A stretch of 64,000 nucleotides of DNA, taken from NCBI GenBank assembly GCA_017416425.1, contig JAFQCL010000021.1:32747-96746 (forward strand). Reading direction: 5' to 3'. The stretch is from Clostridia bacterium. Lineage in GTDB: Bacteria > Bacillota > Clostridia > Christensenellales > CAG-138. Position numbers and translations under genes: made by a program. The notes beneath the pieces were generated by a model, which had not been told where the DNA came from, did not search any database, and was given only the letters and a program-made list of their open reading frames with translations. Below, in pieces: positions 19,474-29,549 of the stretch; position 1 is the stretch's first letter, and every line of letters begins with the position of its first letter.

Positions 19474-20189
19474 CACATCTCAGTGTGCTTGTTTATAAGG
19501 ATATCGCTGCATTCTTTTGTGTTTATATTGACATAGCGAACATACAGGGATATTTTGTTATCGGCATTAAGGCTGTCCCATATAAGGTTCGCGAATTCGT
19601 CCATGGAATCAGGTATTTGGATACGCCCGGGCTCACCTTTAAATGTGGGAAGCGGGCTTCCGTCATGCTCATAGGTATGTATGAAATGCCCAATTCCGCA
19701 TAGGGGCTCATAATTGAATACATAGCGATTGCACGCGGAGCCCTTCTCGTCAGCAGCCTTTAATATGCCAAGCTTATAGGTAAACGAAGCGCCATTAAGC
19801 TCAATAAGGCCGCTTATCCTCGGTGTAAAATTGGGGGCGTCGGGCTCAAAACAGCGCTCAGCCTGCGCGCTTTCAAAGCTCTTACCCAAAAGCAGATGAT
19901 TCCTTATGGTATCGGTCTGATCGCCGTTTGTGACTATTATTTTATCGCCCATATCGCGTACAGGCGCATATATGATAAGGCTTGGGTCTGAGACTTTTGA
20001 CTCGTCATAAGGATATATCATGATATCCGAGCCCTCGCGCCTAAATACGCGATTGCGGCTGTTTTCGCTTCGTCCCATTATAAAATACGCAAAAACGGCG
20101 TTTTGGCCGTCTTTGCTCATGCCGATAACGATACCTCTTCCGGGGTAGGCGTTATTATTAAGTAATGTCTCCATATTCTGTAGATCCAT
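19473..20189 (-). CDS. PurO-like IMP cyclohydrolase
   Basis: YPGRGIVIG, AYFIMGRSENSRNR, NGDQTD, EPDAPNFTPRISG; adjacent to transformylase-only PurH. Confidence 0.85.
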   Translation of the reverse strand: MDLQNMETLLNNNAYPGRGIVIGMSKDGQNAVFAYFIMGRSENSRNRVFRREGSDIMIYPYDESKVSDPSLIIYAPVRDMGDKIIVTNGDQTDTIRNHLLLGKSFESAQAERCFEPDAPNFTPRISGLIELNGASFTYKLGILKAADEKGSACNRYVFNYEPLCGIGHFIHTYEHDGSPLPTFKGEPGRIQIPDSMDEFANLIWDSLNADNKISLYVRYVNINTKECSDILINKHTEM

Positions 20190-20216
20190 TTGTATTTAAA
20201 CCCTTCTTTTTCGATT

Positions 20217-20837
20217 TTAAGCATTATTCTCATCAAGCAGTCGCTTTGATACCATTTCGGCGGCTTCTGGTAAAAGCAGCCATTCGGCCTGCTCCATTAC
20301 ACGAAGCTGCAATGTTTCGGGAGTGTCATTTGGAAGCACAGGTACGGCCTTTTGAGCGATTATCTCGCCGCCGTCTGTGATCTCGTTTACATAATGTACG
20401 GTTGCTCCCGTAATCTTAACGCCATAGCGGAGAGCTTCCTCATGTACATGGATACCATAGTAGCCATCGCCGCAAAAGGAGGGGATTAGCGATGGATGTA
20501 TATTTATAATGCGTTTATCGTATTTTTTTGTAAAGTCGCCGCTGAGCACACGCAAAAAGCCCGCAAGCACGATAAGGTCGATATCCGCATGTGAAAGAGC
20601 CTCAAAAAGCGCGGCTTCAAATGCTTCCTGCGTAGGATGCTTTACCTTTGAAAGCACGAGCGTGGGAATACCGGCATTTTCAGCCCGAGTAAGGGCATAG
20701 GCATGCTTTGTATTTGACACGACAAGCGCTATCACGCCGCTTTTTATGATCCCATCCCTTTGAGCGTTTATAAGAGCCTGAAGGCCTGTGCCCCCGCCTG
20801 AAACGAGTACGGCTATCCGTACTTTTTCCTTTAGCAT
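20217..20837 (-). CDS. purN: Phosphoribosylglycinamide formyltransferase
   Basis: [32 protein letters not shown]. Confidence 0.96.
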   Translation of the reverse strand: MLKEKVRIAVLVSGGGTGLQALINAQRDGIIKSGVIALVVSNTKHAYALTRAENAGIPTLVLSKVKHPTQEAFEAALFEALSHADIDLIVLAGFLRVLSGDFTKKYDKRIINIHPSLIPSFCGDGYYGIHVHEEALRYGVKITGATVHYVNEITDGGEIIAQKAVPVLPNDTPETLQLRVMEQAEWLLLPEAAEMVSKRLLDENNA

Positions 20838-21871
20838 ATTATGACCTCGTGATCTCCGCTTACTATCTCGCCTATGATCACGGCATTTTCGCCATAGTTT
20901 CTGAGCGCGCTTAATGCGCCATCCGCCTGCTCTTTGGGCAGGACTATGCTCATTCCAACGCCCATGTTGAACGTGTTGAACATGTCGCGCTCGGAGATAT
21001 CGCCTGTTTTTCTGATCATATCGAATATGGGAAGTACGGGAACGGCAGCCTTTTCTATTTTAACGCTGCAAGTTTTTGGTATGCTTCTTGGAATATTTTC
21101 ATAAAAGCCTCCGCCGGTTATGTGAGAAACGGCTTTGACATTATATTCCTCTATGAGCGCGAGCATGGGCTTTACATATATCTTTGTAGGCGTAAGGAGG
21201 GTATCGCCAAGGCTTGCGCCGCCGAGCGCTTCTATGGGATTCCTCATATCGGCATGCTCAACATTGAATACCCTTCTTACGAGCGAGAAACCATTTGAAT
21301 GCACGCCGCTTGAGGGTAGCGCTATCAAAACATCGCCCGGACATACGGTGCTGTTATCTATTATCTTTGACTTATCGACAACGCCAACGCTAAATCCCGC
21401 AAGGTCATATTCATCGATCGGATAAAAGCCCGGCATTTCGGCTGTTTCGCCGCCAATGAGCGCACAGCCTGACTGAACGCAGCCCTCAGCTACACCTGAT
21501 ACGATCTCGGCGATACGCTCGGGTATGTTCCTTCCGCAAGCAATGTAGTCGAGGAAGAACAGGGGCTTTGCGCCGCAGCAAATGATATCGTTCACGCACA
21601 TGGCAACGCAGTCTATACCAACGGTGTTATGCCTGTCCAAGAGAAAAGCAAGCTTAAGCTTTGTGCCGACGCCGTCTGTGCCGCTTACGAGCACGGGTTT
21701 TTGTATGCCTGAAAGATCAAGCTCAAATAAACCGCCAAAGCCTCCGATACCGGTAAGTACTCCGCTTGTCATGGTGCGGGCAATGTGAGTCTTCATAAGC
21801 TCAACGGCTCTGTATCCGGCTGTAATATCCACGCCGGCTGCCGCGTAGCTCGCTGATTTCGAATTTTCCAT
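20831..21871 (-). CDS. purM: AIR synthetase
   Basis: [42 protein letters not shown]; SD before ATG 21871. Confidence 0.97.
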   Translation of the reverse strand: MENSKSASYAAAGVDITAGYRAVELMKTHIARTMTSGVLTGIGGFGGLFELDLSGIQKPVLVSGTDGVGTKLKLAFLLDRHNTVGIDCVAMCVNDIICCGAKPLFFLDYIACGRNIPERIAEIVSGVAEGCVQSGCALIGGETAEMPGFYPIDEYDLAGFSVGVVDKSKIIDNSTVCPGDVLIALPSSGVHSNGFSLVRRVFNVEHADMRNPIEALGGASLGDTLLTPTKIYVKPMLALIEEYNVKAVSHITGGGFYENIPRSIPKTCSVKIEKAAVPVLPIFDMIRKTGDISERDMFNTFNMGVGMSIVLPKEQADGALSALRNYGENAVIIGEIVSGDHEVIIC

Positions 21872-21875
21872 GTGA

Positions 21876-23300
21876 TTACTCCTTTCCATCCCAACAATAT
21901 GTACATATTTTGCTACGGTCAAGGCCTATAGCCTCAAGCAGACCTTCAAGCGATTGGAACTCAAGGCTTTTAAGCCCGAGCTGTTTGCAAATACATTCTC
22001 TCATAGCTTTTCCGCGCTTGGTATTGCCGCTACTGTATTCGGAAATATGTTTTTCTCCCTCGGATCCCTCAAGCTCGGCGATGGTACGCCTTGCAATGAG
22101 CTCCATATCTGAGCGGCTCGATGAGAAGTTCAAATACTTACAGCCATACATTATTGGAGGACATGCCGAGCGCATGTGTACCTCCTTTGCGCCATTATTA
22201 TATAGGAATTCGACTGTTTCGCGGAGCTGAGTTCCACGTACTATGCTGTCATCCACAAAAAGAAGGCTTTTTCCTTCAATGAGTTCATGGACAGGTATCA
22301 TCTTCATCTTTGCGACCTTATTTCGCGCCGCCTGATTTGTGGGCATGAAGCTTCTTGGCCATGTAGGGGTGTATTTTATAAACGGACGCGCGAAAGGAAT
22401 GCCGCTTTCATTTGAATAACCTATCGCGTGCGGGGTTCCCGAATCCGGTACGCCGCATACATAATCTATACCCTCGCAGAGGCCATTTTTCTGATCCTCC
22501 CGGGCCATTATTTCGCCGTTTTTGGTGCGCACCACTTCAACATTTTTTCCTTCATATTTGGAATTCGGATAGCCGTAGTAGGACCAGAGGAAAGCACATA
22601 TGCGCATATCATCCTGACCTTCACGCAGCACCTCCATGCTGTCGGCGGTGAGCTTTACTATCTCGGCGGGGCGAAGGTCTCTAACATCCTCATAGCCGAG
22701 CTTTTGATACGCGAAGGACTCAAATGAAACGCAATATCCATCGGAATTTTTACCGATAAGTATGGGAAGCCTTCCGAGCTTGTCTCTTGCCGCTATTATG
22801 GAACCATCTGAATTTAGTATCAATATGGACAGGGAGCCATCGATCCGTTCTTCAGCGTATCTTATTCCCTCAACAAAACTCTTTTTTTCATTTATGAGCG
22901 CTGCGACAAGTTCTACACTGTTAATCTTGCCGCTTGTCATGGCTTCAAAGTGGATCCTGCCCGCACTTATGAGCTCATTCACAAGGGCTTCGGCATTATT
23001 GATGATCCCTATGGTGCATATGGCAAATACTCCAAGCGCTGATTTTATAAGCAGCGGCTGAGGGTCTGTATCGCTTATGCAGCCTATGCAGCTTTTTCCC
23101 TGCATTTCCATAAGATCATCTTCGAATTTGGTTCTAAAGGGAGTATTTTCTATGTTGTGAATGAATCTTACAAATTTTCCGTCATTTGTAACGGCTGCCA
23201 TGCCACCCCTTTTCGTACCGAGATGCGAGTGATAGTCCGTACCGAAAAATACGTCCATCTCACAATTTCTGTGCGATACCGCTCCAAAAAATCCGCCCAT
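21876..23300 (-). CDS. purF: Amidophosphoribosyltransferase, atypical N-terminus (MGGFFG, no Cys1)
   Basis: [23 protein letters not shown] loop, C-terminal CTYC; first gene of pur operon. Confidence 0.9.
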   Translation of the reverse strand: MGGFFGAVSHRNCEMDVFFGTDYHSHLGTKRGGMAAVTNDGKFVRFIHNIENTPFRTKFEDDLMEMQGKSCIGCISDTDPQPLLIKSALGVFAICTIGIINNAEALVNELISAGRIHFEAMTSGKINSVELVAALINEKKSFVEGIRYAEERIDGSLSILILNSDGSIIAARDKLGRLPILIGKNSDGYCVSFESFAYQKLGYEDVRDLRPAEIVKLTADSMEVLREGQDDMRICAFLWSYYGYPNSKYEGKNVEVVRTKNGEIMAREDQKNGLCEGIDYVCGVPDSGTPHAIGYSNESGIPFARPFIKYTPTWPRSFMPTNQAARNKVAKMKMIPVHELIEGKSLLFVDDSIVRGTQLRETVEFLYNNGAKEVHMRSACPPIMYGCKYLNFSSSRSDMELIARRTIAELEGSEGEKHISEYSSGNTKRGKAMRECICKQLGLKSLEFQSLEGLLEAIGLDRSKICTYCWDGKE

Positions 23301-23360
23301 TAATACCTCCGTAGGTAATACATTTCAATATCTTCATAAGTAGGATTGCTTTTACCGGCT

Positions 23361-23405
23361 AAACACAAAAGGCAGTTCTACCATTTAAGAATGGATAGAA
23401 CTGCC
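23361..23405 (-). terminator. Riboswitch expression-platform terminator
   Basis: GGCAGTTCTATCCATT...AATGGTAGAACTGCC followed by TTTTGTGTTT on minus strand; overlaps aptamer 3' end. Confidence 0.9.
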
Positions 23406-23511
23406 CAGACGGTCGACAATTCAAAGTCGGCTAAGCAACATTTTTGATTTATGCTTCCTTGTGGTACTCCACACCTCAAAAATATGAGGATCCGTCAGTA
23501 ACAAAAATCAG
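23402..23511 (-). ncRNA. ZMP/ZTP (pfl) riboswitch
   Basis: Minus strand TGTTACTGACGG...GTGGAGTACCAC AAGGAAGCA...GTCGACCGTCTGGGCA; GACGG/CCGTC pseudoknot; heads purF operon containing purN, purH, folD. Confidence 0.9.
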
Positions 23512-23515
23512 AATT

Positions 23516-23545
23516 ATAATAGCACATTCTGTCTGGGTCTGTCAA
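23516..23545 (-). promoter_or_regulatory. Sigma-A promoter of pur operon
   Basis: TTGACA-18 nt-TATTAT just upstream of the riboswitch. Confidence 0.7.
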
Positions 23546-23590
23546 GCTGGTTTTGATATATAAAACTTGACAAAGCTCTGCAAAGGACTG

Positions 23591-24874
23591 TTATTTAGCA
23601 TTATCCAAAAGATCATATATAAGCTCTTTCGCCTGCGTAAGACTTAGATCATTTTCCCTCGCGATGCGAGCAGCGTCCTCAAATTCTATCTTGGATACGG
23701 ATGCATGAGGCCTTTTGGCTGTTTTCATGCGAATATCACCAAGTTTCGTTTCTTTATTTATTATTTCCCGCTCCAGAACATATCTTTGGCTTGTTTCCTT
23801 TCGTATGCCAAGCGTTGTGGTGTGCTTGAAGATGGCCTTAGCGATGGCAAGTTCATCATCTTTTTTCGCAAGCACAGTGAGCATGTAGCCGGGTCTGTTC
23901 TTTTTCATATATATAGGGGTGAAATATGCGTCAAGCGCATTCTTTGCCATTATGCGCTCACATGCAAAGCCAAGATCTTCACCTGTCATATCGTCTATAC
24001 TGCAGGTAAGTAAGGCTATTGTATCGCAACAAAAGCATGAATCAGTCTCCTGCTCATAGCCTATTGCGGCGGATATGATGTTGGCGATAGGAAAATCCTT
24101 CGTGCCGGCGCCATAGCCGTTTTTTTCTATGTTCATCAAGGGCATCGTTCCGTATTCGGTCGCAAAATACGATATGAGCGCAGCGCCGGTGGGGGTGCAG
24201 AGCTCTCCTTTTATATCGCCCGCGTAGCAGGGTATGCCAAAAAGCAGCTTTAAGGTAGCCGGAGCGGGTATGGGAAGTATGCCATGGGCGCAGTGAACAT
24301 GTCCAAAGCCGGTACGGATGGGGGAGACGACTACTCTTTGGGGAGCAAGCTCCTCCATAAGCATACATACGCCAACTATATCGGCCACGGCGTCCATAGC
24401 TCCTACCTCGTGGAAATGGACGGAATGAACCTCCTTTCCATGAACCGAAGCCTCGGCCTTTGCTATGAGCTTATACACATTTTTAGCGTTAGTCTTTACG
24501 GCATCAGATACGCTTAACGAATCTATTAGGCGCTCGATATCCAAAACACCGTTGTGCTCATGATGGTGATGATGGTGTTCATGCTCGTGGTCGTGGTCAT
24601 GGTGATGTTCATGGTCATGATGATGGTGTTGATGCTCAAGCTCATGATCATTATGATCTATGCTGCGCTCCTCCTGACCGTTTACGAGCACAGAAATATG
24701 TGTGCAGCTTATACCGCATTTTTCGACAGGCTCACGGATGACATTTACATTAGGTATGCCTGCGGAGTTTAGCTTTAAAATAAAGTCATCCGCATGGGGG
24801 ACAAGCTCCATGAGAGCCGACATCAGCATATCTCCGGCTGCTCCCATGCCGCAATCTATATAAAGTGTTTTCAT
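23591..24874 (-). CDS. larC: Nickel insertase/cyclometallase LarC with His-rich tract
   Basis: GAAGDML, HFHEVGAMDAVADI, CAHGILPIPAPAT, ELCTPTGAA, MKKNRPG, TTTLGIR; poly-His/Asp/Glu tract. Confidence 0.95.
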   Translation of the reverse strand: MKTLYIDCGMGAAGDMLMSALMELVPHADDFILKLNSAGIPNVNVIREPVEKCGISCTHISVLVNGQEERSIDHNDHELEHQHHHHDHEHHHDHDHEHEHHHHHHEHNGVLDIERLIDSLSVSDAVKTNAKNVYKLIAKAEASVHGKEVHSVHFHEVGAMDAVADIVGVCMLMEELAPQRVVVSPIRTGFGHVHCAHGILPIPAPATLKLLFGIPCYAGDIKGELCTPTGAALISYFATEYGTMPLMNIEKNGYGAGTKDFPIANIISAAIGYEQETDSCFCCDTIALLTCSIDDMTGEDLGFACERIMAKNALDAYFTPIYMKKNRPGYMLTVLAKKDDELAIAKAIFKHTTTLGIRKETSQRYVLEREIINKETKLGDIRMKTAKRPHASVSKIEFEDAARIARENDLSLTQAKELIYDLLDNAK

Positions 24875-24892
24875 GATGTGCTCCTTTTACTG

Positions 24893-25645
24893 TTATTCTC
24901 CGATGTGATTTATCATGCTTGCGCTGTAGCCCGCGCCGAATCCATTATCGATGTTTACAACGGTCACACCGCTTGCGCAGGAGTTTAGCATGGATAAAAG
25001 CGCGGCAACACCGTTAAAAGCGGCGCCATATCCTACCGAGGTAGGGACAGCTATTACGGGGCAGTCTACAAGCCCTCCGATAACGCTCGCGAGTGCGCCT
25101 TCCATGCCGGCCACGACTATTATGACCTTTGCCTTCATAAGGACATCATGCCGTGATAGCAACCTGTGTATCCCGGAAACACCCACGTCATAGAGCTTGA
25201 CGACATTATTTCCAAGCGTTTGCGCCGTTATGGCCGCTTCCTCCGCTATGGGGATATCGCTAGTGCCGCCTGTCGCAACGACTATGTTTCCTATATGGTC
25301 TTTTTGCAAAGTTTCGTTTGCGATGCCTATCCTCGCCTCGGGATGATATGTCAGAGGTATCGTCTTTTCTATAAGCGCGGCTTTTTCGCTGCTTAGCCTT
25401 GTTATAAGCACATCGCGCTCACCTCTTAAAAGCATCCTTTCAAGTATTCCTTTTATCTGCTCGGCGGTTTTTCCTTCGCCATATATGACCTCACATGTGC
25501 CCTGGCGTATGCCTCTATGATGGTCTATATTCGCGTAGCCTATGTCTTCAAATGGCATGCCTTTAAGAGTGCTAAAGGCGGTTTTTGCGTCTATTTCGTG
25601 ATTTTCAAGCTTTAATAGCAGCTCAAGTACCTCTTGTCCGTTCAT
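24893..25645 (-). CDS. larB: NaAD carboxylase/hydrolase LarB
   Basis: DHHRGIRQG..EVIYGEGKT, GTSD, DVGVSGIHRL, AGMEGAL, PTSVGYG, NIDNGFGA. Confidence 0.95.
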   Translation of the reverse strand: MNGQEVLELLLKLENHEIDAKTAFSTLKGMPFEDIGYANIDHHRGIRQGTCEVIYGEGKTAEQIKGILERMLLRGERDVLITRLSSEKAALIEKTIPLTYHPEARIGIANETLQKDHIGNIVVATGGTSDIPIAEEAAITAQTLGNNVVKLYDVGVSGIHRLLSRHDVLMKAKVIIVVAGMEGALASVIGGLVDCPVIAVPTSVGYGAAFNGVAALLSMLNSCASGVTVVNIDNGFGAGYSASMINHIGE

Positions 25646-26442
25646 AGCGTAAGTCCTTTTCTTGGGGTGTCGTCAATGGTGATATCGGTGGAGTATGCCA
25701 TAAGATTTTCCCTGATGTAGGGGATATCAGCTTTTGCGTAGGGAAGCTGCTCATCTGTGAATTGAAGTAAAAGTCCATCCCCATAGAGCCTGGCTCTAAA
25801 GTCGGAAAAACCCATGCTAAAAAGCGATTGCTCTACGGAATCTATGAGCCGCAATTTATCATAACTTATTTTGGCGTTATTCATTATGCGCGTAGCAAGA
25901 CAGGAGTAGGAGGGTTTATCGAATGTGAATAGACCCGCGGATTTGGAATAACGGCGGATTTGAAGCTTGGTAAGCCTGCAATCCCTAAGTGGGGATATCA
26001 CATTAAGCTCCGAGATAGCGCGCATGCCCGGGCGTTCCTCCGCTTTATCGTCAAAGTTGCTTCCATCCGCCAAAAGCAAAAATCCATCTTTTAAGCAAGC
26101 TTTAAGTATGCTTTTAAATATGACCTTTTTGCAGTGATAGCAGCGGTCACTTGAATTTTTTGTTATATCCGGTTCACCTAAAACGCTCAGCCTTATTATG
26201 CGTAGATCGATATCATACTGTTTTGAAAAAAAAACGGCATCCATAAGCTCAAATTCGGGCTGGAACTCGGTTTTTACAAAGTAAGCGGCAACTTCTACAC
26301 CGCATATCTTTGCAGCATAAAGAAGATATGCCGAATCAACGCCGCCTGAAAAAGCAACGGCAAGTTTTTTATGCTGCTTAAGGTAGTTGGAAAGCCCGTT
26401 TGGCACCATGGCAAGAAATTTTCCTTTCAGCTTCCTTATCAT
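25642..26442 (-). CDS. larE: ATP-dependent sulfur transferase LarE
   Basis: AFSGGVDS PP-loop, RCYHCK, DGSNFDD..RPG, PSYSCLATRI; AAGGTG SD before ATG 26442. Confidence 0.93.
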   Translation of the reverse strand: MIRKLKGKFLAMVPNGLSNYLKQHKKLAVAFSGGVDSAYLLYAAKICGVEVAAYFVKTEFQPEFELMDAVFFSKQYDIDLRIIRLSVLGEPDITKNSSDRCYHCKKVIFKSILKACLKDGFLLLADGSNFDDKAEERPGMRAISELNVISPLRDCRLTKLQIRRYSKSAGLFTFDKPSYSCLATRIMNNAKISYDKLRLIDSVEQSLFSMGFSDFRARLYGDGLLLQFTDEQLPYAKADIPYIRENLMAYSTDITIDDTPRKGLTL

Positions 26443-26869
26443 TAAATCACCTTCTTATGATAACTTAAAAATAAGGTAAGTGCAACTATTTATGAAGCCT
26501 TTTGCGGCGCAGTGAAATTTTTGAAAAAAGTGCTTGCCTCTGGGGGAGGTTTATTGTATTATGTAAAATCGTGAGTTAGCCGTACTCTAAAAATATGTGT
26601 TCCATAAATTTTATGCGGACATATTGTTTTACAGCGCAGGCTTATCCTGTGGGTATGCGGGAGATCCGCAGTACTTGCAAAAACGACGACATGGGAGTAT
26701 TAAAAGTAGACGACCCTGCTTTGACAGAAAAATACTATATAAAGCTCGATTTCCGATGGTTGGATAAATAAAATGTTGTGAGCTTTCACTGCAAATAAAT
26801 AATACAATACAAGGCGTGTTAGTTAATTAGCAGGTACAACTGATTTTTTTATGAAGGAGAGAAAAATTT

Positions 26870-27676
26870 ATGAAAAAACCAATTGTATTGATTCTTGTGA
26901 CGGCCATGGTACTCAGCATGCTTCTTATGGGTTGCACCGAACCGGCGGGTTCTGCCAATGGTGAGCAGGAAAACGACAGCCATGGTAACTATACCGATGA
27001 AATGAAGATACCGCACACTAGTGACCTTGACCCCGAGTATGGCGCTGACAGTGTGGAACGCGAAGGCGACCATGAAGACAGTCCGTATTTCAGCCGAATT
27101 GATTTTTACAATGCTGAATCAACGGATACGCTTACTATCCTTAGCGGATTTAAAACTCAGCAGCAGACGAGCGAATGGAGCTGCGGAGTAACAAGCGTGC
27201 TTATGATACTTGACTGGTACGACGCGCTTGGCGAGCACAATGAGGAGACGCTGGCCAATTTCAGGAGCAATGGCCTTACCCCCGGCGCCACCAGCACCCG
27301 CCAGGCGATAGAGATATTTGAAGGCGTAGGCGGCTTTGACATCTATTCTACATTTGATTGCGCCGATGAAGTTTATGACGTATTTACGCTTGACTTCATA
27401 AGGGAGACCCTCGGCGAAGGCACCCCCATAATGGTGGGCTGGAACGATTGGGGCGGACACTGGCAGGTCATCATCGGATACGACACGATGGGAACCGAGA
27501 CCACCCAGGATGACGTAGTTATAGTAGCAGACCCCTATGATACCACAGACCATAACCAGGATGGCTATGGCGTATATGGCGCGGAGAGGTTCATCTACAA
27601 CTTTACATTCTACAACTTCTTTGAAGCTGAAGAGCTGAACGACATGTGCTTTATAGTAGCAACTCCTAAGGCTTAA
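26870..27676 (+). CDS. Lipoprotein with papain-fold C39-like peptidase domain
   Basis: Lipobox LLMGC; QQQTSEWSCG, GGHWQVIIGYD, VADPY (Cys-His-Asp). Confidence 0.8.
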   Translation: MKKPIVLILVTAMVLSMLLMGCTEPAGSANGEQENDSHGNYTDEMKIPHTSDLDPEYGADSVEREGDHEDSPYFSRIDFYNAESTDTLTILSGFKTQQQTSEWSCGVTSVLMILDWYDALGEHNEETLANFRSNGLTPGATSTRQAIEIFEGVGGFDIYSTFDCADEVYDVFTLDFIRETLGEGTPIMVGWNDWGGHWQVIIGYDTMGTETTQDDVVIVADPYDTTDHNQDGYGVYGAERFIYNFTFYNFFEAEELNDMCFIVATPKA

Positions 27677-27737
27677 GCGAAAGTATGACGGCTAAACTCG
27701 CAAGGCTTTAAATAAAGCTTAAACTTTAAACACGAAA

Positions 27738-27770
27738 GCCCACGGTATGAACTTCCGTGGGCATTTTTTT
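27738..27770. terminator. Intrinsic terminator
   Basis: GCCCACGG...CCGTGGGC followed by ATTTTTTT. Confidence 0.85.
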
Positions 27771-27777
27771 GACCATT

Positions 27778-28647
27778 TTACGTATACCACGCCGGTATCA
27801 CCCTATTCATACCATCATACCACTCAAGTATCTCTTTTGCCTGATTTAGCATGGTAGCTATCTCCTTTTCTCCAAATGGGATAGCCCAATAGATGGAGGA
27901 TAAAGTGTTGCTTGATATATAAAGCGCGAGAAGCCCCCAGAATTCTATCGGCACGCCTCCCTCAAAATAGCCATCTACCATGCCTCGGGCAAGCGGCGGA
28001 CATTTTTGCGCGCACCAGACGATGCGGTTGAATTCCTCCCATGGATCGCCAATATCATTGCGGTTAAAATCGATTATGTATAGCTTCCCCGACTTATCTA
28101 TCATCATATTTCCTACATGATAGTCACCATGCTGGTAAGTCTGAGGGCGACCCATTAGCAGATGTCGGTGCGCGTTTATATAACGGATTAGCGCATCGCC
28201 GCCATCGTGTTTTATGGGGCACTCCGTATATCTTTTTATCTTTGCGTCCATTTTTCGTGAGAATCTGGTCTCCCAATCCTCCTGCGCGCTCGGTGCGGGA
28301 ATGGAGTGTATCTTTTTTAGTATCTGCCCGGCTTCAATGCCATAATCGTATTGTTTTTCGGCAGAAAGCAGAGGGAGCAATTCTTCAGCGTCTTTTCCAT
28401 CTATCCAGCTTTGGACGGAATATACGCCATCCTCGCATGTGCCGAATTCTACGGGCATACACATGGGAACGCCAAGAGCGGACACCTTTTGCATCATTTG
28501 AAATTCAAACGATTTTGCGTCAAACTGCTCTATGGGAGAAACGCGCAAAAGGAATCGTGTGCCGTTGTCGTCTGTGATCCTGTATTTTTTATCTCCCGAC
28601 CAGCCTTTATCGATCGGCTCTTTTACTATGGAAGTATAATCAAACAT
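27778..28647 (-). CDS. Aminoglycoside phosphotransferase (APH)-family kinase
   Basis: KGWSGDKKY, HGDYHVGN Brenner motif, IIDF. Confidence 0.85.
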   Translation of the reverse strand: MFDYTSIVKEPIDKGWSGDKKYRITDDNGTRFLLRVSPIEQFDAKSFEFQMMQKVSALGVPMCMPVEFGTCEDGVYSVQSWIDGKDAEELLPLLSAEKQYDYGIEAGQILKKIHSIPAPSAQEDWETRFSRKMDAKIKRYTECPIKHDGGDALIRYINAHRHLLMGRPQTYQHGDYHVGNMMIDKSGKLYIIDFNRNDIGDPWEEFNRIVWCAQKCPPLARGMVDGYFEGGVPIEFWGLLALYISSNTLSSIYWAIPFGEKEIATMLNQAKEILEWYDGMNRVIPAWYT

Positions 28648-28834
28648 AATTACTCTACTATTACTTTGGTACAACAAAAGTGCCAAAACACGGCTTGAAA
28701 ATTTATTACCATGACTTTTGCTGGGTTAAAGTTTCCTTTCTTGTAAAATTGGGAGTGATTTTTTGTCTGTAAAAAGTTGTGGCTCATGGACTTGAAAAGT
28801 CATAAGACACGGTTTGAAAACGCGGTTTCAATCT
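28648..28834 (-). repeat. Start-codon-adjacent structured element, copy D (diverged full copy plus partial tandem copy)
   Basis: TTGAAAC...TTTTCAAACCGTG...CCCAATTTTACAAGAAAGGAAACTTT..AAAGTCATGGTAATAA followed by a second ATTTTCAAGCCGTGTTTTG..CTTT..AAAGTAATAGTAGAGTAATT-ATG. Confidence 0.85.
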
Positions 28835-28875
28835 TTACTTCATTATCGATAGCTTGTTAAAATTTTGATCGCGGC

Positions 28876-29466
28876 TTAGACTAAGCTTTTTGTATATAGG
28901 CGCACCTCATCTATGCGGTAGCATATCGTTTTTAATTCGTCCTTTCGTTGGAGCGCTGCCTGAAAAACGAGCTCCTCAGCGCCGTAAATATCGCCTGTTT
29001 TAGTTTTATCCAGCAGCTCATAGCACTTATCCCGTATCGCGTAGCAGCGAATGTAGGTATTTTCATTTTCCATTTCAAAACCTATGGATCGATAAAATCG
29101 ATTGGCGGCTTTATCCTCCTGTGTCCAAAGCTCACAATATCGGATGCCTCTACTAAGGAGCCGCTTTTGCGCTTCTTCCCATAGATCGGTAGCGATGCTG
29201 CGCCTTCGATATTCGGGCAATACGGCCATATGCCACAAAATAGCGCCTCGGCCTCGATCATTATACGTCAAATCATCCGAATCCATCTCTATATCGATAA
29301 GCCCGATGATCTTACCGTTCTCCTCTGCGACAAGACAAACAGCGGGATGCGGATATATCTCCTTTTTTGTTTTTACATCATTAAAATAGCTGCAATTCAA
29401 AAATGAAACGACACGGCAGGAAAGCCAGCCTTGCTCATCATTGGGCACATATTCACGAATGATCAT
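28876..29466 (-). CDS. GNAT family N-acetyltransferase
   Basis: MAVLPEYRRRSIAT acetyl-CoA motif A, ANRFYRSIGF. Confidence 0.88.
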   Translation of the reverse strand: MIIREYVPNDEQGWLSCRVVSFLNCSYFNDVKTKKEIYPHPAVCLVAEENGKIIGLIDIEMDSDDLTYNDRGRGAILWHMAVLPEYRRRSIATDLWEEAQKRLLSRGIRYCELWTQEDKAANRFYRSIGFEMENENTYIRCYAIRDKCYELLDKTKTGDIYGAEELVFQAALQRKDELKTICYRIDEVRLYTKSLV

Positions 29467-29549
29467 AGAGGATAAAAATCTCGCTTTCTTGAAACATTTT
29501 ATTGATATATACGCATATTTTACCCGATAACGCGGCACCTTTCAATGTT

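Noticed and set aside
24558-24655. CAT/CAC/GAT-rich low-complexity tandem repeat
   Set aside because: Explained by the His-rich nickel-binding tract of LarC.
24893-25645. LarB as the missing PurE of the adjacent pur operon
   Set aside because: It is PurE-like in fold but has LarB-specific motifs, lies between larE and larC, and is separated from purF by a promoter and riboswitch.
26631-26692. NiCo riboswitch next to lar genes
   Set aside because: Only GCAGGC and GCGGG resemble the consensus; the other conserved positions are missing and the downstream gene is not a metal transporter.
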